Of a DNA stretch of 64,000 nucleotides, positions 1-9,346 are shown in pieces. The position numbers and the translations under genes were made by a program. The notes beneath the pieces were generated by a model. That model saw only the letters and a program-made list of their open reading frames with translations. It ran no database searches and was not told the origin of the DNA. Every line of letters begins with the position of its first letter. The first letter of the stretch is position 1. Source of the DNA: Alphaproteobacteria bacterium (GTDB lineage Bacteria > Pseudomonadota > Alphaproteobacteria > CAAHEQ01 > UBA3637); assembly GCA_017466695.1 (NCBI GenBank), contig JAFTTR010000002.1, forward strand, positions 4,604 through 68,603. Direction: 5' to 3'.

Positions 1-531
1 GATTTGCTTATTTTAAAAGATTTAAATTCCCTTTTTCATATTGATTTAAAAGACAATTTAGTTGCTGGAGTTTCAGATTTATTTGAAAAAGACTTTTTAT
101 CTTACCCTCTTTTTAAGAAGCATGCTTTTTATATCAATTCAGGTGTTTTGTTGATGGATTTAGAAAATTTACGTTATTCAAAAACAACATCTCAATTATT
201 TAAAACAACAGAAGAATATAAAGATAAATTCACTCATTATGACCAAGATGCTATTAATTTGGCTTTAAATGGTAAAATAATGTTGTTACCAACAAAATAT
301 AATGCACATCAACGTACACATACGCCTTTTAACAAAACAATTTATCATTATAGTGGGAAAGAAAAACCTTGGAAATCAAAAGATTTTTCATTTTTTGAGT
401 GGAACAAATACGCTTCTTACACACAGGCTCTTTTGAATGACAACCCTTGGCCACGTAAAGCCTATATAAATTCTCTTTTGAGTAAAATAGTTTATTATCC
501 TCTCTTTTTTATAAACAAATATTTATACTAG
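1..531 (+). CDS. Glycosyltransferase family 8 (LPS sugar transferase), 5'-partial
   Basis: Motifs YINSGVLLMDL, DQDAIN, HYSGKEKPW; runs off the window start. Confidence 0.85.
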   Translation, partial: DLLILKDLNSLFHIDLKDNLVAGVSDLFEKDFLSYPLFKKHAFYINSGVLLMDLENLRYSKTTSQLFKTTEEYKDKFTHYDQDAINLALNGKIMLLPTKYNAHQRTHTPFNKTIYHYSGKEKPWKSKDFSFFEWNKYASYTQALLNDNPWPRKAYINSLLSKIVYYPLFFINKYLY

Positions 532-1211
532 TATTTTTTTAACGCTCTTAAACTTGAGAACCACTTTTTATCAACAGCTTTCGATTCACAGATTTTTTGT
601 ATAGCACGATTGAATGTTTGTGCATCTAGTTTTGATTCTTTTAAATATACAAACGTTTGTTCCGGGTACTTGATAAAACAAATAGATAATAACCAGGCAG
701 CCCCCATTTGAGCATAATATCCTTGATGATTAAAATCATCTAATGCTTTAAAAATAAAAGGCAAATATTTCTTCTCAACAAAGTGAAATAAAAGTAAAAC
801 AAGGGCAAATCGCACCTCAAATTCTTGTGTGGACTTTAAATAAGAAGATAAAAATTCAAGAGTTTCGTTTGGAAATTGGGAAACACTTTTTAAATAAGTA
901 CAAAACGTATCACACACAGCCCAATTATTAATTTTAGGGACAAATGCTTTGACTTTTTCAAAATCAAAATTCTTTTGCGTTTTATAACCAATTATCAGCG
1001 CTTGTAACAGTGCTTCCTCTAAATAAATAGGTTCATTTAATAAATAAGTTTCATCCTGGTTATTTTTAATTATTCCTTTTGCCATATGTTTCAAAAAAGG
1101 CATTCGAACCCCTATGATTTTTTCAACATTAGGGATTAATTTTGACATAAATTTTTGATATTTATAATCTTTCTGGCATAATAATATATTTTGTACTTCA
1201 TTATATAACAT
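528..1211 (-). CDS. DNA alkylation repair (AlkD-like) protein
   Basis: IGVRMPFLK, INNWAVCDTFC, YYAQMGAAWLLS motifs; start re-assigned to an internal Met (the track ORF starts at 1349). Confidence 0.8.
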   Translation of the reverse strand: MLYNEVQNILLCQKDYKYQKFMSKLIPNVEKIIGVRMPFLKHMAKGIIKNNQDETYLLNEPIYLEEALLQALIIGYKTQKNFDFEKVKAFVPKINNWAVCDTFCTYLKSVSQFPNETLEFLSSYLKSTQEFEVRFALVLLLFHFVEKKYLPFIFKALDDFNHQGYYAQMGAAWLLSICFIKYPEQTFVYLKESKLDAQTFNRAIQKICESKAVDKKWFSSLRALKKY

Positions 1212-1325
1212 ATTACTCATTATATCAAAATTCAAAAAAACTTCCATATTTTTCATTGATTTTGGCTCAAAATTATGATAATATTTTGTCAGATTTTTCC
1301 TGTAATCTATCGAAAGGATTTTATC

Positions 1326-1700
1326 ATGCTGAGACATATTAAAACTCATATATCAGAAATTTCATTAACAGAAGATGTTTATAATGAAGAAGGTAAATTA
1401 CTTTTCACAGTTCATCATGTTAAATCAGAAGAGGATAAAGAATATATCATCGACTACGTTAGGTCACATATTGAGCTCAATCAAGAAACACCTTTAGATG
1501 CTTATCGCGAACTGTGTAAACAAGCTCTTGAAAAAGAAATCTCATCACCAAAAACAGCTGTTTCTTTAAAAGAAAAAAGAAATAATGATCCCAAATGGTT
1601 CGAATGCAAAGAGGCTGCTAAACTTCTTTTAAGAAAAGGAATGAGAAGTCAGGTCAAAAATTTGCTACGTGAATACAACAGAGGATTATCAAAAGTATAA
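1326..1700 (+). CDS. Hypothetical protein
   Basis: AAGGA RBS before ATG 1326; no family recognised. Confidence 0.6.
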   Translation: MLRHIKTHISEISLTEDVYNEEGKLLFTVHHVKSEEDKEYIIDYVRSHIELNQETPLDAYRELCKQALEKEISSPKTAVSLKEKRNNDPKWFECKEAAKLLLRKGMRSQVKNLLREYNRGLSKV

Positions 1701-1756
1701 AAAAAAGAAAAAACAGCTTGACAAGTATTCAAATATTATATAAAACTATACGTATC

Positions 1757-1831
<75 letters not shown>

Positions 1832-1870
1832 TACAAAAACAGCCCTCATTTGAGGGCTGTTTTTTGTATG
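1832..1870 (+). terminator. Intrinsic terminator after tRNA-Thr
   Basis: ACAGCCCTCA-TT-TGAGGGCTGT followed by a T run. Confidence 0.85.
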
Positions 1871-1994
1871 AGTAAAACTTTGAGAAGTGTACTCACGGGG
1901 GCAACGTGAGGCCGGTCACGAAGCGATAGCGAAGTGGATGCCGAAAGGCAGTCCCGAGTGAAACGAGTGGATAAGCGAAGCGAACATTCGAACG

Positions 1995-2113
1995 AGTGGC
2001 ACCATGTTTTAAAGCCCTCTTTTAAACGAGGGCTTTTTCCTTTGTTTGCAAGCGTTTTGCTGAGTCCGATAGTGATGAGTCCAAAAAACGCCCAAAATCA
2101 CAAATTATCGGAC
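1995..2113 (+). repeat. tRNA-Thr-derived cassette spacer repeat, copy 1
   Basis: AGTGGCACCAT (tRNA 3' end) + AAAGCCCTC..GAGGGCTTT hairpin + ...AATTATCGGAC. Confidence 0.9.
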
Positions 2114-2282
2114 TATTTCAGATCTGATTTTAATTTCATCCATGACTTTTGACATTTTAATATCCTTTCATTTGTTTTTGGATATTGTTTAGAATGTGTA
2201 AAGCAATGAATCTCTACTAAATTATTTTGAAAATTTTTTGTGTGATTGTATAAACTGCCCCAGGGGCAGATTATAAAAAACT

Positions 2283-4085
2283 CTATTTCTTATGTTTAAC
2301 TATCTCATCTAATTTATCAAATAATATCTTAAACTCTAGAAATTCATTTTCTGGGAGTTTTGGTGCAATTTCTGTTGCTAAATTTCTCTTTTGGGCATCA
2401 CGAATAGTTAAAAGTTCAATTGTCTGAACCTGTCCATCACGTACAATAAATTTCCCTTTTTCATCAAGACATACTTCATAGGATAAATCTGAAAGAGAAC
2501 GTAACACATCATCTGAGAAGTAATTTTCAATTTCAAATTTTTTACGTCGTTTATATTGTATTTTATGCTCTGGAACGGGTAGTGTTAATGCATAAATATT
2601 TGCATACCCATCTTTTTTCTTTACATAAAAATCTTTTTCTTTTTGAAAACCAAGCCCATTGGCTTGTCCGATTCCCTCGTGATCCGAATCAAAAAGTCCT
2701 ATAATAATTACTGAATTAGGAATAGTATTTCTTAATTTTCTATTTAAATCTGGAGCTCCCTCCGATTCAATAAAATTATAAGGGCACTGGGTTGCATACA
2801 GCTTCTCCCATGCAGTTTCTAAAAGGATTTTGTCAAACTTCCCTTCTGTTGCGATAATACATTTTGACTTATCTTGAAATTCTTTTATTTTGCGTATATA
2901 TTCTTCTTGTTCTTTTTCTAATTCTTTCCGTTCTTCCCAAAATGATCTCGTTAGTTTTTCTACGTCCTGAGCTTGTTCCACAAAACTTAATTCTTCTGCC
3001 AGTTTTTCGTACTCTGGGGTATTAAACAACAAACGCTGAATTTCTTGAATTGTTTTGATTTTAGTTAACTGCTTATCACCCTTGATATCTAAATAAACTC
3101 TATAGAATTGAACAGAATTTTTCTCTTTTAAAAAGATAAAACAGGGAGAATGTGTGGTAATAAAAATTTGTGCATGCGAACGAAATTTATTATAAAAATC
3201 TCCAGCCAATGCTTGGGCTTTTGAATATTCTAAAGAATTCTCTGGTTCCTCAAATCCCCAGATAAAATTTTGTTTGGCTTTTTTTGATAAATGAGCAATG
3301 AAATAAGCTATATAACTCATTAAAATACCATCTCCGGAAGACATCAAATCAACTTCAACATTTTTAATGTTTTTTGAACGCCTTTTTTCTGGTTTTTTTA
3401 TCTGAGTTTCAACATTGATATGGACAGAATTTAATAAATCATCAATATTTGAAGACAACGAGGCACGAGTTGGTAAGTTAATAAATTTTGAAAAATCCAT
3501 ACTAATATCTTTGGACTTTTGTTCTAGGATATCAGAAAGAGAGGAAACAGCTGTAGAAAATTCTTGTGATCTTTTTGTATCTCTTTGAATTAGGTCTTCA
3601 AATTTTTTAAACAAATTTTGCACAAACTTTCTATCTCGGATAGCCGGAATATATAAAAATTTAATTTTTCCTAAGAATAGAGAAAATTGTCGAATAACAT
3701 TTCCATCATTTTTCTCTATTCTTTTGTTTATTTCTGGATTAGAAGAGTAGTAAGTTGTTATTGGTGCATCACTATTCGCACTAAAGACTCTCTCAACTTT
3801 AAAAGGCTTACTTAATGCGGCTTTTCCCGTTGGTTTAAAATGGATTGTGATTCTAACGTCTCTTTTTCCTCCTGATGAGCCAGTATAGCATTTGTTGTAA
3901 TCCCTTAAATAATTATATGCCTCGTCTAATTGGGTTTGGGAGTTAAAAAAAAGATTTAATGCTTTTAAAATATTAGATTTTCCTGAATTATTTTTTCCAG
4001 AAAATACAGTAATATCCTCTGTCTTTATGGTTTCGTTACCAATGGACCTAAATCTATAAATTTCTACTTTTTCTATTATTTTCAT
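2283..4085 (-). CDS. OLD-family ABC ATPase-TOPRIM nuclease (probable anti-phage defence)
   Basis: Walker A GKNNSGKS, Walker B GFEEPENSL, ITTHSP; C-terminal TOPRIM ATEGKFD, FDSDHEG, EIENYF. Confidence 0.8.
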   Translation of the reverse strand: MKIIEKVEIYRFRSIGNETIKTEDITVFSGKNNSGKSNILKALNLFFNSQTQLDEAYNYLRDYNKCYTGSSGGKRDVRITIHFKPTGKAALSKPFKVERVFSANSDAPITTYYSSNPEINKRIEKNDGNVIRQFSLFLGKIKFLYIPAIRDRKFVQNLFKKFEDLIQRDTKRSQEFSTAVSSLSDILEQKSKDISMDFSKFINLPTRASLSSNIDDLLNSVHINVETQIKKPEKRRSKNIKNVEVDLMSSGDGILMSYIAYFIAHLSKKAKQNFIWGFEEPENSLEYSKAQALAGDFYNKFRSHAQIFITTHSPCFIFLKEKNSVQFYRVYLDIKGDKQLTKIKTIQEIQRLLFNTPEYEKLAEELSFVEQAQDVEKLTRSFWEERKELEKEQEEYIRKIKEFQDKSKCIIATEGKFDKILLETAWEKLYATQCPYNFIESEGAPDLNRKLRNTIPNSVIIIGLFDSDHEGIGQANGLGFQKEKDFYVKKKDGYANIYALTLPVPEHKIQYKRRKKFEIENYFSDDVLRSLSDLSYEVCLDEKGKFIVRDGQVQTIELLTIRDAQKRNLATEIAPKLPENEFLEFKILFDKLDEIVKHKK

Positions 4086-4143
4086 GAGATACCTTTTAAT
4101 GTTACATAGTATCTCATATTTTTATAAAAAAGTATATACTTTT

Positions 4144-4629
4144 TTATAAATTTTTTATATTTTTCTTGACTTGTTCCCTAATTTTATACAAGTTGTTACT
4201 TACTTTATCCAAATTAGAAATAAAGTTATCTAAAAATTCACTATCGATTTCAAAATATTTTTTATTGTCTTTCCTTCTATGTAAAATTTGAGTTTTGCCA
4301 TCTTTGGAGCTGGTTATCGGATATGCATGTACAAAATCTGTTCTTTGATCATTTAGTATGGAAAATAACTCTAAAGTTCCCTCCATTATAGGCATTATTT
4401 GAGGATATTTGATTTTTGCTATATTCATTGTTTTTCTAAAAGAAGCAATTACTCTTCCACTAGTTAAGTCCAAGAGCTCTGTTCTATTTTGCGTACTATC
4501 TATATGACAAATAATTTCTGTCATGAAACTATTAATAGACGCAAAACCGTATAGAGCAACTCCCAATCTAAATAAATACTCATCACTTTTTGGCAACGCT
4601 AATCTTGTTTTATTTCTGATATGTTTCAT
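4144..4629 (-). CDS. Putative HEPN-like protein
   Basis: Helical protein with Rx4H motif RTDFVH. Confidence 0.5.
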   Translation of the reverse strand: MKHIRNKTRLALPKSDEYLFRLGVALYGFASINSFMTEIICHIDSTQNRTELLDLTSGRVIASFRKTMNIAKIKYPQIMPIMEGTLELFSILNDQRTDFVHAYPITSSKDGKTQILHRRKDNKKYFEIDSEFLDNFISNLDKVSNNLYKIREQVKKNIKNL

Positions 4630-4700
4630 ACTACCACCATATTTTTCTTATACCAAAATTCACTAAATTTTTCAATTTTTCTTTTAATTCTTCTGAAATT

Positions 4701-4840
4701 TGAGTCCGATAATCGCAAAGCAGCCCGCACCATGTATTAAAGCCCTCAACAAAATGAGGGCTTTTTTGTTTTGTTTACAAGCGTTTGGCTAAAGTCCAGT
4801 GGCAAGTCCGAAAAACACCAAAATTCCTCAATTATCGGAC
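4701..4840 (+). repeat. tRNA-Thr-derived cassette spacer repeat, copy 2
   Basis: TGAGTCCGATAATCGCAAAGCAGCCCGCACCAT + terminator hairpin + ATTATCGGAC. Confidence 0.92.
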
Positions 4841-4842
4841 TT

Positions 4843-5568
4843 TTATTCCCCAATAGAAATGCTATAATCGGTTACCCATCCATGTGGCTCTTTCCATTTA
4901 TTTTCTTTCCAAATGCGTCCAAATACTCTAATTGAAATTTTTTTCCCAGAAGTGATTAGTGCTTCAAATTTCTTATATTCTTGTATATCCTCGTATATAG
5001 AAAACCACATAATATGCAAATCTTTTACTATATCTTCTCCATCATATTGATTTGTTAATACTATAGAGCCACTAGATTTTTGAGGATGATATACTGGAAT
5101 ACTATCCAAATTATCATACAGCTTACTTCCTTCAATATTTTTATGAACAAAATGTATCTCGCAACTTGCTTCGCATATCTGTTCTTTATCTGGGAGACAT
5201 CCAAAATGTCCTTCTGCAACTCCATTGAAAAACGCATGTATTTCCTGTTCAGGCGTGTTCTTAATACCTTTATGGTTGGGCATATTTCTTGTTTTAAACT
5301 GAACAGATGATAACGTCCCCTCCATATAAACCCCTGAACTATAATCTAGTTCTTTTAGAAACTCATCCCCTCTATCTTTAGAACTCACTTGTCTTTTTTC
5401 ACAAACTTCTATCAATTTTCCATCTAAATCTTCTTGAACGAGCCTACCTATTTCTTCTCTTTTTTTTACCACATCTGGTAGATTATAATGAATCCAGTAT
5501 AATTGCTTCGATAAATAGCTTAATATACAAATCACTATAATTAATAAAATTATAACTCCCATTTCCAT
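4843..5568 (-). CDS. Hypothetical protein with N-terminal membrane anchor
   Basis: 241-aa ORF with a hydrophobic N-terminus; stop codon lies 2 nt from repeat copy 2. Confidence 0.7.
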   Translation of the reverse strand: MEMGVIILLIIVICILSYLSKQLYWIHYNLPDVVKKREEIGRLVQEDLDGKLIEVCEKRQVSSKDRGDEFLKELDYSSGVYMEGTLSSVQFKTRNMPNHKGIKNTPEQEIHAFFNGVAEGHFGCLPDKEQICEASCEIHFVHKNIEGSKLYDNLDSIPVYHPQKSSGSIVLTNQYDGEDIVKDLHIMWFSIYEDIQEYKKFEALITSGKKISIRVFGRIWKENKWKEPHGWVTDYSISIGE

Positions 5569-5680
5569 TTCCGTTTAGTCCCTTTCATTGACAAAATATC
5601 TACTAGATTTGAAAATAACAAAAAATTTGATAGATTACAACTCTATTTTTTGCAACCTCTCTTTCAATTCTGCTGTAATT

Positions 5681-5821
5681 TGAGTCCGATAATCGCAAAG
5701 CAGCTCGCACCATGTTTTAAAGCCCTCAAGAAAATTAGGGCTTTTACTTTTATTTGCAAGCCATCCTCCGAGTCTGATAGTCCGATTGTTAAAAATCGTT
5801 AAAATTCACTAATTATCGGAC
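5681..5821 (+). repeat. tRNA-Thr-derived cassette spacer repeat, copy 3
   Basis: TGAGTCCGATAATCGCAAAGCAGCTCGCACCAT + hairpin + AATTATCGGAC. Confidence 0.92.
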
Positions 5822-6369
5822 TATTTCAGATCTGATTTTAATTTTGAAAATACATTCTGATCACGATACCGCTTTTGAGAAATAGAATAAATATTCTGTC
5901 TCAAAACACCTTCAAATTTATACCCTGCCTTTATGGCAACATTGGCAGAACGCTGATTTAAAACATCTGTATGTATAACAATTCGGTTAAAATCATTATC
6001 AAACAATTCTTTTTCTATAAGTGCAACTGCTTCACTCATATAGCCTTTTCCAGTATAGTCCGTATCTAACCAATAGCCGATTTCTGCACGTTTATGTTGC
6101 CATGCTACGTTTATTACACTAATCAAACCGATGAATTTTTTTCCCATATATATTTCATATACAAATTGGGCATTATTGTCCCAATCAACATTGACTTTTT
6201 CTAAAAATTTCAAAATATTCTCTGGGGAGTGTGTTTCCTCTACCCAACCAAGCCAAGGGGAAAATACATCTCTACATTTATCAATGGTTGTATATATCCG
6301 TTCAGCTGTTTCCACATTAAATGTTGCTCTCTTTAATGCTATACGCTCGCTCAGTATGTTTTCACGCAT
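5821..6369 (-). CDS. GNAT acetyltransferase, RimJ/RimL type
   Basis: AEIGYWL, YTGKGYMSEA, NQRSANVA, FEGVLRQ; GGAGG RBS before ATG 6369. Confidence 0.9.
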   Translation of the reverse strand: MRENILSERIALKRATFNVETAERIYTTIDKCRDVFSPWLGWVEETHSPENILKFLEKVNVDWDNNAQFVYEIYMGKKFIGLISVINVAWQHKRAEIGYWLDTDYTGKGYMSEAVALIEKELFDNDFNRIVIHTDVLNQRSANVAIKAGYKFEGVLRQNIYSISQKRYRDQNVFSKLKSDLK

Positions 6370-6455
6370 GAATACTTCCTCCCAAAACCTCTTTAAGTTT
6401 AGCAAAAATTTGAATAGATTACAACTGTATTTTTTCCAATTTTTCTGTAATAATG

Positions 6456-6516
6456 GTCCGATAATCGCAAAGCAGCCCGCACCATACAAAAAACAGGTGA
6501 AAAAGGACTCACGGGG
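6456..6516 (+). repeat. Terminal partial spacer repeat (attR-like copy of tRNA-Thr end and flank)
   Basis: GTCCGATAATCGCAAAGCAGCCCGCACCATACAAAAAACAG matches tRNA end + flank GCACCATACAAAAACAG; then GGACTCACGGGGG, similar to ~1890. Confidence 0.88.
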
Positions 6517-6612
6517 GAAACATAATAAAATTAATTATACTATTCATATTGACTATACTAATCTTTTCGGTATATTATCCAATAGGATTAAATATATTTA
6601 GTATATCACCAA

Positions 6613-7728
6613 ATGAACAAGCAAGCAACAAAACAACATCTAGACTGGATTGATGCATTAAAAGGGATTGCCATGATCTTAATTTTAATGATCCATACAG
6701 ATGCAGGAGCAAGATTACCTAAAGTTTTATCTCCAATTGGATATAATGGCTGGGTTGGAGTTGTTATCTTCTTTTTAATTTCTTCATTTTTGTTATACAA
6801 ATCTTTGCATAATTATTTTTGTCAAACTCCCTATTCTTTCAAATCCATACATAGTTGGATCAAAAAAAAATTTTTTCATTTTATTCCTTTATTTTATTTA
6901 GCTCTACTATTTGGTATATATATGGGAGGCAACAAAACGTGGATAGGAAGTGAATTAACAATTACTGTGTACAATATCATAACCCATTTGTTCTTTGTTC
7001 ATGGACTTTTTCCACGCTATTCTAACAGTATTCTAGGGGTTGAATGGTATATTGGCACATTGGCATTATTTATATGGATTATTCCGTTTTTATTTAAATA
7101 TATTAATACCTTGACAAGAAGTATTCTTGCCTTTTTAATATCAATCCCGACTGTCTTTTATATAAATAGTTACTTAATTAACCTAACGTACTTTTCCAAC
7201 CCCATAGATTTAAAAGTTTATAATTCATTTATTAAAGATTTTTGCATTTTTGAAAATTTGCCAACCCTATTTTTAGGAATTGTTTTGTATTATATTTTTA
7301 AATATATCACTACAACTGAAATAAAGAATAAAAAAATACTATCCTATCTCTTATTATTAATCAGTGTTGTTCTGATTTATGATGCTAGCATATTTGGGAA
7401 CCATAGCCTTTTTATCATTAATACCCATACTTTATGGAGTATTACATTCTCTATTTTTATTATATCACAAATACTCTATCAAAATAAAATAATTTGTAAT
7501 AATTTTTTCAAAGTAATCGGTCGATATTCTTGGCCAATTTATTTGTTTCATCTCTATTTAATATATGCTTATAAAAAATATTTAAACTTCAGTTTTAGCA
7601 GTTCTACTCTAAATTGGAGCATTGAATTTGTTTTTGTCTTAATCTCTTCATTAGCATTAGCCTATGGATTAACACGATTTGTTAATAGCCCTATATTAAA
7701 TTGGTTGTCCTTTAAAAACAAAAAATAA
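6613..7728 (+). CDS. Acyltransferase family 3 (OafA-like membrane O-acyltransferase)
   Basis: WIDALKGIA, GVVIFFLISSF, IGRYSWPIYLFH; multiple TM segments. Confidence 0.88.
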   Translation: MNKQATKQHLDWIDALKGIAMILILMIHTDAGARLPKVLSPIGYNGWVGVVIFFLISSFLLYKSLHNYFCQTPYSFKSIHSWIKKKFFHFIPLFYLALLFGIYMGGNKTWIGSELTITVYNIITHLFFVHGLFPRYSNSILGVEWYIGTLALFIWIIPFLFKYINTLTRSILAFLISIPTVFYINSYLINLTYFSNPIDLKVYNSFIKDFCIFENLPTLFLGIVLYYIFKYITTTEIKNKKILSYLLLLISVVLIYDASIFGNHSLFIINTHTLWSITFSIFIISQILYQNKIICNNFFKVIGRYSWPIYLFHLYLIYAYKKYLNFSFSSSTLNWSIEFVFVLISSLALAYGLTRFVNSPILNWLSFKNKK

Positions 7729-7794
7729 TTTTACATCTAAACTTATTTTTTATAGCTAAGCATCATCTCTTATTTGCTAGCGTATATTCTACTT

Positions 7795-8685
7795 CTAATA
7801 CTGTGTTTGCTTGGCTGAAAGAAGAACCTGTTTTTTTGCTAAATCTTCCTTTTCTTTATTTTCACTTGAGTGTGTTGAACTAGGCCATATATTCTTTTCA
7901 GTCAAAGGGGATCTCCAAGTACCACCCACTCCATAATATTGGATGTGGTTGTTAAAAATATCAGCAGCTGGGAAAACCCCTGCTTCCCCTCCTTCATACT
8001 GTGGACGTATATGAGAAACAAAACTGTTCCATTCCTTTTCAGCTAAGGGGATTTTTCTAATAACAGGATATATACCTTGTGACATTTTTCTATCTAACAT
8101 CTGATCAAAAACGTATCTTTTCCCCTTATCATTTAAAACTAAAAAAGTATGGGCTTCTGCTTCATTATCTGGTAAACCATTTTTATCTGGAGCGACTCTC
8201 TGCCCTACAAAAAGTTCAGATTCTAATCCTAATTTTTGAAAAAATAGTTGAGCTACTGCACCATATTCCCCACACATCATTTCCCTTGCATTCAAAACTT
8301 CATCAAAGCTTCTCGATTTGTTCATCACATATTGACCAGTACGGCGCATAGCCCTTTCCTCATCAGCAAATGACTCAGAAAAATACTTTTTTCTTCCAAT
8401 TAAAACAGCTGTACAAGCAAAAAAAGCATCCACTGAAATATCAATGTTATTTTTGTTAAAAGCTTCTTGATATTGTTTTCTTGCAACATCAGTGTTTATT
8501 CTGTTATAAACATCATTCAACGTATCAACAAGTTTTTGAGCAGTCCCATCAAGCTCTAAAACATCTGGTTTTGACTGTGGTCTTCCCTCTTGATCATATA
8601 AACTAGAAGCTGTCATCGGCAATGTATCCCCTATTTTAATATCTTTTGCTACATATGCCCCTTCGTATAAATCTTTCTTTTCCAT
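7795..8685 (-). CDS. Transglutaminase/papain-like Cys-His-Asp protein
   Basis: MCGEYGAVAQ...AHTFLV...VFDQ triad spacing. Confidence 0.55.
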   Translation of the reverse strand: MEKKDLYEGAYVAKDIKIGDTLPMTASSLYDQEGRPQSKPDVLELDGTAQKLVDTLNDVYNRINTDVARKQYQEAFNKNNIDISVDAFFACTAVLIGRKKYFSESFADEERAMRRTGQYVMNKSRSFDEVLNAREMMCGEYGAVAQLFFQKLGLESELFVGQRVAPDKNGLPDNEAEAHTFLVLNDKGKRYVFDQMLDRKMSQGIYPVIRKIPLAEKEWNSFVSHIRPQYEGGEAGVFPAADIFNNHIQYYGVGGTWRSPLTEKNIWPSSTHSSENKEKEDLAKKQVLLSAKQTQY

Positions 8686-8864
8686 TCTCAAACTCCAAAT
8701 AAAGATGAAAAACAACCTATGATACCATTAATTATTATACATAAAAATTATAACAAAACAAAGTGTTTTTTTATAAACAAAGAGTTTAAGCACTTAATCC
8801 ACTTGTATTTTTTGAATTCATTTACTATAAAATAATTAGGATTAAACAATTAAATGGAGAAAAA

Positions 8865-9314
8865 ATGCAAGAAATCAAATTAAATGGTATCGATAAAAAT
8901 GGGAATGAAAAAGTGTTTTCATTAAGTGATTTTAAAGGAGAAAAAACCATTCTTTATTTTTATCCCAAAGATAATACATCCGGTTGCACACAAGAAGCCT
9001 GTAACTTTAGAGACAATCTCAATCGTTTAACAGCCTGTGCCAATGTTGTTGGGGTCAGTCCTGATTCAATTAAAAGTCATCTCAAGTTTAAAGAAGCTCA
9101 AGGATTAAATTTTCCTTTATTATCAGATACAGACCACCAACTTGCCACCCTCTTTAATGTCTGGGTTGAAAAATCTATGTATGGTAGAAAATATATGGGA
9201 ATTGAAAGATCAACATTTATCCTAGATGAAAATTTAAATGTCATAAAAGAATGGCGAAAAGTCAAGGTTCCTGGTCATGTTGATGATGTTATATCTTTTT
9301 TCAAAAACAGTTAA
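8865..9314 (+). CDS. bcp: Peroxiredoxin Bcp
   Basis: YFYPKDNTSGCTQEAC; GIERSTF. Confidence 0.95.
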   Translation: MQEIKLNGIDKNGNEKVFSLSDFKGEKTILYFYPKDNTSGCTQEACNFRDNLNRLTACANVVGVSPDSIKSHLKFKEAQGLNFPLLSDTDHQLATLFNVWVEKSMYGRKYMGIERSTFILDENLNVIKEWRKVKVPGHVDDVISFFKNS

Positions 9315-9346
9315 CAGTAATCAATTTATTAATTAAAATCAAAATA

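Noticed and set aside
1934-2152. 72-aa ORF downstream of tRNA-Thr
   Set aside because: It runs across the structured repeat and terminator and has no RBS or recognisable domain.
1995-6516. CRISPR array or classical integron interpretation of the repeats
   Set aside because: Repeats are ~140 nt with gene-sized intervals; there is no cas gene, no intI and no RYYYAAC/GTTRRRY ends.
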